From NCBI GenBank assembly GCA_965652295.1, contig CBFGTS010000009.1, forward strand, positions 1 to 64,000: a stretch of DNA of 64,000 nucleotides. Reading direction: 5' to 3'. The notes beneath the pieces were generated by a model. That model was given only the letters and a program-made list of their open reading frames with translations. It was not told the DNA's origin and made no database searches. Below, piece after piece: positions 6,948 to 15,751 of this stretch. This DNA is from an uncultured Haloferula sp. (GTDB taxonomy: Bacteria > Verrucomicrobiota > Verrucomicrobiia > Verrucomicrobiales > Akkermansiaceae). The position numbers and the translations under genes are program-made. How positions within the stretch are numbered: position 1 is the first letter of the stretch; every line of letters begins with the position of its first letter.

Positions 6948-9617
6948 ATGAACTTCGTTTTCCGCAGTCAACTCCTCTCGCTCTGCCTCGCCGTGGCAGG
7001 GGGGGCTTTGGCGGCCGAGGAGACGAAAGGGATCGACCTGACCGACCCCCATAGTGCGGAAGCCGGACTGATCGCGCTGGTGGAGGAATGGCGGGGTGAG
7101 GTGGAGCAGAACCCTGGACCAAGCTCGGCCGAAAGCTTGGGCGACACCCTCCAAGCCCTCGGGGTCGTTCAACGGCAGCTGGGAAAGACGAAAGAGGCCA
7201 TTGAAAGCCTCACCGAGGCGGGGCGCTATCTGAAGCATGGTTCGGCGGTACGCCAGGCCGACGTAAAAGAGGCCTTGGCGCTCACGTATCAGGACGCCGG
7301 GCGGATGGATGAGGCCGCCGCCCTGCTGTGGGAGGTTGTGGATTTCCGTCGATCGGAATCCGCCCCCGTCGCTCTGGCCCACTCGCTGGACCACCTCGCG
7401 ATGAACCTGCTGGTGACCGGCCACTACACCGAGGTGCTCGCTCTGCTGAACGAAGCCTTGGCCCTGGTGCCGCCGGATCGCGGTGCGGACAAAGCCCAGC
7501 TGCTCGGTCACATCAGCCGCTACCATCACACGCTCGGCAGCCATGCGCGCTCCATTGCCACACTGCGCGAAGCCTTGGATCTCGACTTTGTGGATCCGGA
7601 GCTTCGGCTTTCCCTCCGCTCCCAACTCGCGCTGGGACTATTGCGGCTCGGGAAGGATGAAGAGGCGGTGGAAGAATTCCGCAGCATCACGGCGGATGCC
7701 CTCGAACTGTTCGAGGATCGACCTCTCTCCGCCGTGCCCTACATCAACAATCTGGGCAGCCTTGCCCTCCACCTCGGAAATGCCGCTGACGCCGCCGATG
7801 TGTTCGGTGAGGCCGTTCGCCTTCTGGAAGAGGTCGCGGGCCCGGATCACCCGGGTCTGATCACCCCACTCAACAACCTCGGGGTCGCTCTTTTGAAACA
7901 ACACCGGGCGGAGGAAGCCGAACAGGTCCTGCAACGCTGCCTCTCGTTGCAGGAGCGTTACCTCGACCCGATTCACCTGCGAGTCACCGAAACCCGCCGC
8001 AACCTCGCCTTCGCCTACCTCGCTCTGGATCATCCCGAAGCGGGGGAAATGGTCGATCGCACCACCGAAGCCGGGCTGAAGCTTCTCGAGGAACTGGTCG
8101 AAAACGGCACCGAAAGCGAACGACTCAATTTCCTCTCACGCTTCGACCTGATTTCCCTCCCTTGTGCGACCGGGGATGTGGACAAGATCGCCTCCACCCT
8201 GATCGCAAGCAAAGGGAGGCTTCTCGACGCCCTCCTCGGCCAGCACCAGCTCCAGCTTCCCACCACCGCGGATGTCCGCTCGGCGCTGCCACCGCACTCC
8301 GCTTTCATCGATATCTGCCGGTATTTCCCCAATGCGGACCTCTCGGAGGCGCGCTACGGAGCGGTGCTCTACACCCCAGACACCCCCCCACGCTGGATTC
8401 CCTTGGGCGGCGAACCCCTCGCCCTGCGGTGGATCGGAGCCCTGCGGGAGAGACTCCAGTGGCAGGGAGCAAAACTCGCGGGACAAGATCTCCCACCGCC
8501 CACGCTCAAAGCAAACGCCATCCTCCGCTCTCTCCACCACGACTTCTGGCTCCCCCTCGAAGAGCACCTTCCGGATGACGTGCGGCACATCGCCTGGTCG
8601 CCCGATGGCGTCCTCCATTTCCTTCCTCTCGCGGCGTTGCTTGATGCCCATGACGCTCCCCTCTGCCATCGGTACTCCCAGGTCACCACCGTCGGTCACG
8701 CCCGCGAATTGCTCGACGAGCCTCCCTCCCGTCGGTTGGACGAGGCCCCGTGGACCGTGGTCACCGTCTCGGATTTCCCCAAGCCACCGCCCGCCTCCGA
8801 ACAGTCCTCGCCCCTGCTCCGTCTCCTCGCCTCGCTGGAAGACATGCCCGGCACCCGGCGCGAGTCCGCCTACCTGAAAGACATCGCGCCCGAGGATTCG
8901 GTCTTTTTCCAAGACGAAGAGGCGCGTGAAACCATGCTCTCGCGGATTTCCAGCTCACCCGCCGTCCTCCATCTCGGCTGCCACGCATTCTTCCTGGCGG
9001 ACGCCCGCGCCTCCGCCGGGCCTCCGATCGATTTCGACGACCACTCCGACCTCCTGTTTGCCGGCGGACTCGTCCTTTATCAGGGTGCTATCCGACCCTT
9101 CTCAGGCCCGCCCGTGCTTCCGGACGACGACATCCTGTTCCCTTCGGAGATCGCCCACCTTCCCTTGTCGGACACGCGCCTGGTCACCCTCTCTTCCTGT
9201 GACTCAGGAAACGGCACTCCGGTTTCCGGCGAAGGCCTGCTCGGGCTGCGGCGGGCCTTCCACCTGGCTGGAGCGCGGGAGGTGGCGGTGGCCCTCTGGC
9301 CGGTCTCCGACCGTTCGACACCGGCTTTCATGCGCGACTTCTACCTCCGCGCCGTCGCCTCCGGCCGCCCTGCCCAAGCCCTGTGGGAAACCCAGCGGAC
9401 CCTCATCCCGCGCGGCGATGATCCGGGATTCGAAGCCGCGGTCTTGCGTTATGCACCCTTCATCATCAGCCAATCCGGCCCGCTCCAGATCGGCCCGCCG
9501 ATCCCTCTACCGGCCTCCGGTCCACCTCGCGCCCCCCTCTGGATTTTCGTAGCACTGGCCACGATTTCGTTGGGTTTCTGGCTTGTGCGAAAGCGCCGAA
9601 GGCTTCAGAAACCATAG
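6948..9617 (+). CDS. TPR-CHAT (caspase-like) protease with signal peptide and C-terminal TM anchor
   Basis: TPR repeats (LNNLG, GPDHP), SPDGVLHFLP, catalytic His HLGCHA and Cys LSSCDSG, GEGLLGLRRAF, LWPVSD; C-terminal WIFVALATISLGFWLVRKRRR. Confidence 0.92.
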   Translation: MNFVFRSQLLSLCLAVAGGALAAEETKGIDLTDPHSAEAGLIALVEEWRGEVEQNPGPSSAESLGDTLQALGVVQRQLGKTKEAIESLTEAGRYLKHGSAVRQADVKEALALTYQDAGRMDEAAALLWEVVDFRRSESAPVALAHSLDHLAMNLLVTGHYTEVLALLNEALALVPPDRGADKAQLLGHISRYHHTLGSHARSIATLREALDLDFVDPELRLSLRSQLALGLLRLGKDEEAVEEFRSITADALELFEDRPLSAVPYINNLGSLALHLGNAADAADVFGEAVRLLEEVAGPDHPGLITPLNNLGVALLKQHRAEEAEQVLQRCLSLQERYLDPIHLRVTETRRNLAFAYLALDHPEAGEMVDRTTEAGLKLLEELVENGTESERLNFLSRFDLISLPCATGDVDKIASTLIASKGRLLDALLGQHQLQLPTTADVRSALPPHSAFIDICRYFPNADLSEARYGAVLYTPDTPPRWIPLGGEPLALRWIGALRERLQWQGAKLAGQDLPPPTLKANAILRSLHHDFWLPLEEHLPDDVRHIAWSPDGVLHFLPLAALLDAHDAPLCHRYSQVTTVGHARELLDEPPSRRLDEAPWTVVTVSDFPKPPPASEQSSPLLRLLASLEDMPGTRRESAYLKDIAPEDSVFFQDEEARETMLSRISSSPAVLHLGCHAFFLADARASAGPPIDFDDHSDLLFAGGLVLYQGAIRPFSGPPVLPDDDILFPSEIAHLPLSDTRLVTLSSCDSGNGTPVSGEGLLGLRRAFHLAGAREVAVALWPVSDRSTPAFMRDFYLRAVASGRPAQALWETQRTLIPRGDDPGFEAAVLRYAPFIISQSGPLQIGPPIPLPASGPPRAPLWIFVALATISLGFWLVRKRRRLQKP

Positions 9618-9674
9618 TCCTGTATTAGATTTTTGTTTCCTTAGTAAATTTTACCTGATGCTCAAGTTTGTTCA

Positions 9675-10613
9675 ATGAGGGATCCGAACCCACAACCGGG
9701 TGCACCCGCAGATCTGCTCCAGCAGTGCTGGGAAGCGTGCTGGGCTCGTGCCCGCCGACCCGTCGAGGGGGTGTGTGTACCCGAGGAAGAAGCCGCCCGG
9801 ATCGCAGACCGTGCGATTCGCAATGTCGCGCTCGATTACGACGAATTCCCCCCCCAAGCCGAGTTCACGGCGAAGGCCTTGGAAGAGACCGCCAAGGCGG
9901 CCCGCGAAGCGGTGGCCGCGGCGCGGCGCTCGGCAGGCGATCCGCAGCTCCACCACGACCCGGACGACCGCCGCTACGCCCGGAATCTCGATCTCGATCG
10001 ACTCAAGAAGCGCGATTCCCACGGTGCCTTCAGTGACCGCGAATGGAACCACCTGCCGCCGGTCCTCCGTCCGCTCGCCCTGCATACCCTTTCCCGGAAA
10101 GGCATCCACGGACCGGATGCGGAGGAAGTCTTCAACGACTCCTTGGTCGAGCTGGCGAAGGAACGCTCCAACGGCGGGTCACCCATTCTCGATCCGGACG
10201 TTTTCGAGGAGTTGATCCCGCTTCACACACGCATCGTCGGTTTCCGCGCCATCGATGCCGTGCGGAAACGGACGGCTCAGAAAAACCGCCCCAATACCGG
10301 TGACAGCTTCGACGCGCTGACGGACGACCCCGACCGGCCCGCGCAGTTTGAAGACAAGTCGTCCGATCCCGACCACACCACCTTCGAGCGAATCTTCGCG
10401 GAGTGTCGGGAGGCCCTGAACGACGCCGAGTGGGACCTTATTTTCTCCCTCTATGTCGCCCAGTCCGCACCCGTCCAGGACCTCATCGCCGATCCGGATT
10501 TCTGCCGCCGGCACGGGATCCGGCCCCATGCCTCCGCTTCGACCAAACGCCGCGAACTCCAGGCGAAAGCGGAAGAAGCCCTGACAAAAATCAGAAATGC
10601 CTTCTTTTCCTGA
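9675..10613 (+). CDS. divergent ECF-type sigma factor with N-terminal extension
   Basis: sigma2-like DAEEVFNDSL and RAIDAVRKR, sigma4-like ALNDAEWDLIFSLY...; position directly before an anti-sigma-like gene. Confidence 0.65.
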   Translation: MRDPNPQPGAPADLLQQCWEACWARARRPVEGVCVPEEEAARIADRAIRNVALDYDEFPPQAEFTAKALEETAKAAREAVAAARRSAGDPQLHHDPDDRRYARNLDLDRLKKRDSHGAFSDREWNHLPPVLRPLALHTLSRKGIHGPDAEEVFNDSLVELAKERSNGGSPILDPDVFEELIPLHTRIVGFRAIDAVRKRTAQKNRPNTGDSFDALTDDPDRPAQFEDKSSDPDHTTFERIFAECREALNDAEWDLIFSLYVAQSAPVQDLIADPDFCRRHGIRPHASASTKRRELQAKAEEALTKIRNAFFS

Positions 10614-10650
10614 AAATCCCATCAACGCCTCGCGATAGGAGCTAACAGCC

Positions 10651-11229
10651 ATGGAATTTGAAACCTCTTCCCACCTCGACTCCACCATCCGCATGCTGGG
10701 GTCCAGCCTTCGAACGCGAAGCGACGATCCGGCTCCGGCCCTGCCCGCCGACCTCCGTGCGGATCTTGAGGCCCGTTTCGCCCGCCCCGTGGCCGCTCCC
10801 GCAACTTCCGCGACCCGTGCCTCCTGGTTCGCCCGCCTTACTTCGGCCCTTTCCACTCCCGGCTTCGCCATTGCCGCCGCCGCGATCATGATTCTCGCCG
10901 TGGTGGCACCCTTGACCATGGACCGCAACGCCGAAAGCTTCCGTGGCTCCGCTTCCGTTGAGTTCCAGTCCATCCCGGTCCTACTGGTCCATGGCCCCGC
11001 AGGCATCGCCGATCAACTTGCACTCGCCGGCGATCTGGAGGCGACTTCCTTGAAAACCCTCTCCCAACTCTCCGAGGTGGAGAACGTGACCGGTCCCAAA
11101 GTCGTGGTCGATTTCGCCTCCAGCATCATCCGCTCGGTGGATGCCGACGGCCACACCGTGCATGAGGCAACCCTTCCCACCGGTGCCGACCTCACCCGGG
11201 CGATCGCCGAAGCCGTCACCCATCTTTGA
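10651..11229 (+). CDS. single-pass membrane protein, putative anti-sigma factor
   Basis: Short cytoplasmic N-terminus, TM AIAAAAIMILAVVAPL, then FRG and a small external domain; follows the ECF-like gene. Confidence 0.6.
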   Translation: MEFETSSHLDSTIRMLGSSLRTRSDDPAPALPADLRADLEARFARPVAAPATSATRASWFARLTSALSTPGFAIAAAAIMILAVVAPLTMDRNAESFRGSASVEFQSIPVLLVHGPAGIADQLALAGDLEATSLKTLSQLSEVENVTGPKVVVDFASSIIRSVDADGHTVHEATLPTGADLTRAIAEAVTHL

Positions 11230-11269
11230 TTCCAAAAATCCTCAAGTCCCCGATTTCGGGAAAGATTGG

Positions 11270-11297
11270 ACGCGGGCCCCGGCCCGCGTTTTTCTTT
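11270..11297 (+). terminator. probable intrinsic terminator closing the sigma/anti-sigma unit
   Basis: ACGCGGGC-CCCG-GCCCGCGT followed by TTTTCTTT. Confidence 0.55.
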
Positions 11298-11302
11298 GCG
11301 CC

Positions 11303-12160
11303 ATGCCACGCCTCGCGCTGCTCCAGTCCCGGGCTTTCCCCACCAAGGAGGAGGCCCTCGTCCGCCACGAAGCCCTGATCCGCGAAGCCGCCGACCATGG
11401 GGCGCAGATCATCATCACCCAGGAGCTGTTTCTCACCCCTTATTTCTGCACGGTGGAAGACACCGACCGCTTCGATCTCGCCGATCCAATCCCGTGCGAA
11501 ACCACCGATCGCCTCGGTACCCTCGCTGCGGAACTGGGCGTGGTCATCGTTTCCTCGCTGTTCGAGCACCGCGGCCCCGGGCTCTATCACAACACCGCGG
11601 TCGTCCACGATGCCGACGGCTCCATGCTCGGCATCTACCGCAAAGCCCATATCCCGCAGGACCCCGCCTTCGAGGAGAAATTCTATTTCACCCCCGGCGA
11701 CACCGGCTGGCCCGTCTGGCATACCTGTTTCGGCCGCCTCGGCGTGCTCGTCTGCTGGGACCAGTGGTATCCGGAGGCGGCCCGCCTGATGGCGCTCGGC
11801 GGGGCCGAAATCCTGATCTACCCCACCGCCATCGGCTGGCTTCCGGAGGAAAAGGAAGCCCTCGGCGAGGCCCAGCACTGCGCGTGGGAAACCGTTCAGC
11901 GGGGTCATGCCGTCGCCAACGGCTGCTTCCTCGCCGCCGTCAACCGCGTCGGCACCGAGGGGGAAAGCGAGTTCTGGGGGCGCTCGTTTGTCGCCAATCC
12001 CTACGGCCAGCTCGTCGCCAAGGCGTCCACCGACCGGGAAGAGATTCTCTACCACGACGTGGAGCTGAAGGAGGTCGAAGACTTCCGTCGCATCTGGCCG
12101 TTCTTCCGCGACCGCCGCATTGATGCCTACAGCAGCCTCACCCAGCGCTGGCGCGCATGA
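11303..12160 (+). CDS. aguB: N-carbamoylputrescine amidase (carbon-nitrogen hydrolase)
   Basis: Nitrilase triad QELF, YRKAHIP, VCWDQWYPE; EKFYFTPGD; ATGA overlap with agmatine deiminase. Confidence 0.88.
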   Translation: MPRLALLQSRAFPTKEEALVRHEALIREAADHGAQIIITQELFLTPYFCTVEDTDRFDLADPIPCETTDRLGTLAAELGVVIVSSLFEHRGPGLYHNTAVVHDADGSMLGIYRKAHIPQDPAFEEKFYFTPGDTGWPVWHTCFGRLGVLVCWDQWYPEAARLMALGGAEILIYPTAIGWLPEEKEALGEAQHCAWETVQRGHAVANGCFLAAVNRVGTEGESEFWGRSFVANPYGQLVAKASTDREEILYHDVELKEVEDFRRIWPFFRDRRIDAYSSLTQRWRA

Positions 12161-13218
12161 GCACCCCCGATCCATCCGCACGCGATCAAGGCTTCGCCAT
12201 GCCACCGGAGTGGTCGTTCCAGGAAGCCGTGTGGCTTTCCTGGCCGGTCGACGACCCCCGTCATTGGGGCGGCGCGAAATGCGAGCTGATCCACGACCGC
12301 TTCGCCATCCTCGCCGCTTCGATTTCCCTTTTTGAAACGGTGCGCATCAACGCCCAGCCGGGCACCGAAGACGCCGTCCGCGATCGCTGCCTCCGCGCTA
12401 GGGCGGTCCCCGAACGGCTTGAGATCTTCCCCCATCTGCACAACGACGTCTGGTGCCGCGATCACGGCCCGATCTTCCTGAAACACCGGGCGACCGGCGA
12501 GGTGGCCATCAGTGACTGGGGGTTCAATGCCTGGGGCGGCAAGTTCGCGCCATGGGATGACGACGACTCGATCCCGCGCCAGATCGCCGACCGTCTCGCA
12601 CTCCAGCGATTCCAAGGCGGCATGATCCTCGAGGGCGGGGCCATTGAAATCAACGGCACCGGGCAGCTTCTTACGACGGAAGCCGTACTTCTCAACCCCA
12701 ACCGTAATCCCCACCTCGATCGCGCTGAGGTCGAGAACAAGCTGCGCCGGACTCTCGGAGTCAACGAGATCCTGTGGCTGGAAAAGGGCATCGAGGGTGA
12801 TGACACCGATGGTCACATCGACGACCTCGCCCGCTTCGCCGCGGATGACCTCATCCTCGCCTGCACGGAACCCGACCGCAGCTCGCCGAATCACCCGGTG
12901 CTCGCCGCCAACCGCGCGCGACTCGCGGAGTTCCGAACCCCTGCCGGACGGCCTTTCGACATTGTGGACATGCCCATGCCCGCCGCCTGCGAGGTTCCCG
13001 GCTGGCGGCTCCCGGTACTACCGGCATCGTACGTCAATTTCCTCATCGTCAACGGCGGCGTGCTCGTCCCGACTTTCCGTCAGGCGAAAAACGACGACCG
13101 CGCGCTCGGCGTGCTGCGCGAAGTTTTCAGCGACCGCGAGGTGGTCGGCATCGACTGTCTCGACCTGGTCGAGGAAGGCGGGACCCTCCACTGCCTGACC
13201 CAGCAGCAACCCGCCTGA
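12157..13218 (+). CDS. aguA: agmatine deiminase
   Basis: MPPEW, WCRDHGP, FNAWGGK, LEGG, DDTDGHID, ASYVNF, GGTLHCLTQQ. Confidence 0.93.
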   Translation: MSTPDPSARDQGFAMPPEWSFQEAVWLSWPVDDPRHWGGAKCELIHDRFAILAASISLFETVRINAQPGTEDAVRDRCLRARAVPERLEIFPHLHNDVWCRDHGPIFLKHRATGEVAISDWGFNAWGGKFAPWDDDDSIPRQIADRLALQRFQGGMILEGGAIEINGTGQLLTTEAVLLNPNRNPHLDRAEVENKLRRTLGVNEILWLEKGIEGDDTDGHIDDLARFAADDLILACTEPDRSSPNHPVLAANRARLAEFRTPAGRPFDIVDMPMPAACEVPGWRLPVLPASYVNFLIVNGGVLVPTFRQAKNDDRALGVLREVFSDREVVGIDCLDLVEEGGTLHCLTQQQPA

Positions 13219-13224
13219 CCGCGG

Positions 13225-13261
13225 TTGCCCTGCTCGCGGGGACCTCGTAGCTTCCTGCCGC
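13225..13261 (+). promoter_or_regulatory. sigma70-like promoter abutting the start codon (probable leaderless mRNA)
   Basis: TTGCCC-17 nt-TAGCTT-8 nt-ATG, no Shine-Dalgarno. Confidence 0.5.
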
Positions 13262-14728
13262 ATGTCCAGCTTCCAGAACCTCCGCGAGCTTGCCGCCGAA
13301 GCCGCCGTCATCTCCTCTGCCGCTTCGGCCCTCGGCTGGGATCAGGAAACCTTCCTGCCGGAACGAGCCGCCGAATGGCGCTCGCGTCAGCTCGCCTGGT
13401 TGGCTGGCCGGGAACACGAGCACCGCACCTCCGACCGCTGGCGCACCGCCCTTGAAACCGCGGAAACCGACAACGCCCGCGACGCCGCCAGCCTCGAAGA
13501 GATGCGCCGCGACTTCGCGCGCGCCACCCGCCTGACGACCCGGTTCGTCGAGCGGGAAACCGAGCTGACCTCGCTCGCCAAGCATGCGTGGGCCGACGCC
13601 CGGGCCCGCAACGACTTCAGCCGCTTCGCCCCCCATCTGGAGCAACTCATCGCGCTGCTGCGTGAGAAAGCCGACATGTGGGGCTACGAACACGAGCCTT
13701 ACGACGCCCTGCTGGACCCCTACGAGCGAGGCTGGACCGCCCGGCGCATTGCCGGGCTTTTCGCGAATCTCGGCCCGGACCTTCGCGAGATCGCCGCCGC
13801 GGCCGTCGAACGCGCCCGCCGCCGTCAACCCACCCTTCCGCCCGGCCCCTATCCCGTCGCCCGCCAGACCTCCCTCAACCTTGAGATCGCCGAAGCCATC
13901 GGCTTCGATTTCTCCGCCGGCCGGGTCGATACCACCACCCATCCTTTCTGCACCACCCTCGGGCCCGCCGACGTGCGTCTCACCACCCGCTACGACGAAG
14001 CCGACTTCACCTCTTCGCTTTTCGGGGTGCTGCACGAGGCCGGCCACGGCCTCTACGAGCAAGGATTGCGCGCCTCCGATTTCGGCACCCCCGCCGGCAG
14101 CGCCTGCTCCTACGGCATCCACGAATCGCAGTCGCGGCTGTGGGAAAACCACGTCGGCCGCTCCCGCGCATTCTGGGAAAAGTGGCTCCCGGTCGCCGCC
14201 GCGCATTTCCCGCAACTCAAGGGCATCGCACTCGACGATTTCCTCGCCTTCGTCCAACGCTCCGCGTTCACCCCGATCCGGGTCGAGGCGGACGAGGCCA
14301 CCTACGACCTCCACATCCTCCTCCGCTTCGATCTTGAGCGGCGCCTCCTCGCCGGCGAGCTGGCGGTGGCCGACGTCCCCGCTGCGTGGAACGACGCCTT
14401 CGATGCCTCCTTCGGCATGCGCCCGCGCTCGGATCGCGAGGGCTGCCTTCAGGACATCCATTGGTCGATGGGCGGGATCGGCTATTTCCCCACCTACACC
14501 CTTGGCAACCTCGGGGCGGCCCAGCTTTTCAACGCCGCCTGCCGCGATGCATCCATCCTCACCGCCGTGGAAAGCGCCGACTATGCACCTCTGCTCGGTT
14601 GGCTGCGGAAAAACGTCCACGACCACGGAGCCACGCTCGCACCCGCCGAACTCATCCGCCAAGCCACTGGACAAGCTCCCTCCGCAGCAGCCCACCTGGA
14701 ACACCTCCGGGCGCGCTACACCGGCTGA
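13262..14728 (+). CDS. carboxypeptidase M32 (Taq-type)
   Basis: HPF, DVRLTT, HEAGH, HESQS, IRVEADE, GCLQDIHW, GYFPTY. Confidence 0.95.
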   Translation: MSSFQNLRELAAEAAVISSAASALGWDQETFLPERAAEWRSRQLAWLAGREHEHRTSDRWRTALETAETDNARDAASLEEMRRDFARATRLTTRFVERETELTSLAKHAWADARARNDFSRFAPHLEQLIALLREKADMWGYEHEPYDALLDPYERGWTARRIAGLFANLGPDLREIAAAAVERARRRQPTLPPGPYPVARQTSLNLEIAEAIGFDFSAGRVDTTTHPFCTTLGPADVRLTTRYDEADFTSSLFGVLHEAGHGLYEQGLRASDFGTPAGSACSYGIHESQSRLWENHVGRSRAFWEKWLPVAAAHFPQLKGIALDDFLAFVQRSAFTPIRVEADEATYDLHILLRFDLERRLLAGELAVADVPAAWNDAFDASFGMRPRSDREGCLQDIHWSMGGIGYFPTYTLGNLGAAQLFNAACRDASILTAVESADYAPLLGWLRKNVHDHGATLAPAELIRQATGQAPSAAAHLEHLRARYTG

Positions 14729-14737
14729 GCCGGCCCG

Positions 14738-15640
14738 TCACTGGATTTCCATCCCGCTGTTCGGCCATATCCATTTCACGACCTTGCCATTCTGCAGCAG
14801 CGCCTGCGCCTGGATGGTCTTCACACCGAAAATCGTTTCCGCCTTATAGGCTGCCATGCCGGACTGGTAGCTCACACCATCGCGCTCGACCTGCTCGCCT
14901 TCCTTCCACGACACCACCTGGTCGAAGGTGAACTCCTTCACGTCACCGGCCTTGATGCTTTCCTGCATCGCCGCAACGACGTCGCCGCCCCCACCCGCGG
15001 GCGGATCAGCGGGAGCCTCGGGTTCTTCCTCCGCCGGTTCTTCCTGAGCCATTTCCTCCTCTGAGGACTCGGCTGCCGGAGGTTGGATGGTCTCGATCAT
15101 CAACGGATCCTCCACAGTCGCGGCGGGTGATTCGTTCTCCGCCACCGCCGGCTGCTCGACTTCGGGCTCCGGCTCCGGCGGAGCTCCGCCCAGAACATCC
15201 ACCAGATCGGTGGCCATCACCGGCAGCTTGCCCTCAAGCGGTCCGGCCAGCGGACTGACGACCAGATCCGCGCCCTCGACCCGCAGGGGGGTCACCTGTA
15301 CCCCTTTGGAAATCACCATCGGTTGTTTGGCACCCGGGACCGTGATCGGCAGATCATCCTTCAAGGTCACCTTCTCCGGCATCTGCTCCGGCGTCAGCAT
15401 GGCAACCCATTCCGGTGCCTCCGGCCAAACGGGAGCCACTTCTTCCGACGCGGGCTCCTCCACAGGCGGGGCCACTTCTTCGGTAGCGGCTTCGGCTTCT
15501 TCCGCCACAGCAGGCTGCGGGGCCGCTTCCTCCTCCTCACCGCTGGCGATCGAGAAAAGCATCGGCTCCACCGCCGGTTCCAAAAAATAGCCCGCGGCAC
15601 CGATTGCCGCGACACCCACCAGTCCAGACACCCAATTCAT
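14738..15640 (-). CDS. hypothetical membrane-anchored acidic Pro/Glu-rich protein
   Basis: ATG at 15640, N-terminal hydrophobic anchor, low-complexity linkers between two small globular regions; the upstream part of the 660-aa ORF is antisense to polA. Confidence 0.75.
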   Translation of the reverse strand: MNWVSGLVGVAAIGAAGYFLEPAVEPMLFSIASGEEEEAAPQPAVAEEAEAATEEVAPPVEEPASEEVAPVWPEAPEWVAMLTPEQMPEKVTLKDDLPITVPGAKQPMVISKGVQVTPLRVEGADLVVSPLAGPLEGKLPVMATDLVDVLGGAPPEPEPEVEQPAVAENESPAATVEDPLMIETIQPPAAESSEEEMAQEEPAEEEPEAPADPPAGGGGDVVAAMQESIKAGDVKEFTFDQVVSWKEGEQVERDGVSYQSGMAAYKAETIFGVKTIQAQALLQNGKVVKWIWPNSGMEIQ

Positions 15641-15751
15641 GTTAGCCCGATACGTAGGGCGCGTACCGATTCTTTGCCAGAGATTTTCCCGTCGCCCCCG
15701 GAATCCGGGATTTCCTTTGAAATCGCCCGCCGCAACCGGGAATCTCCGGCC

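Noticed and set aside
6948..11229. Type III-E CRISPR (Craspase) locus
   Set aside because: No cas genes and no repeat-spacer array in the window; the CHAT protein has a signal peptide and TM anchor.
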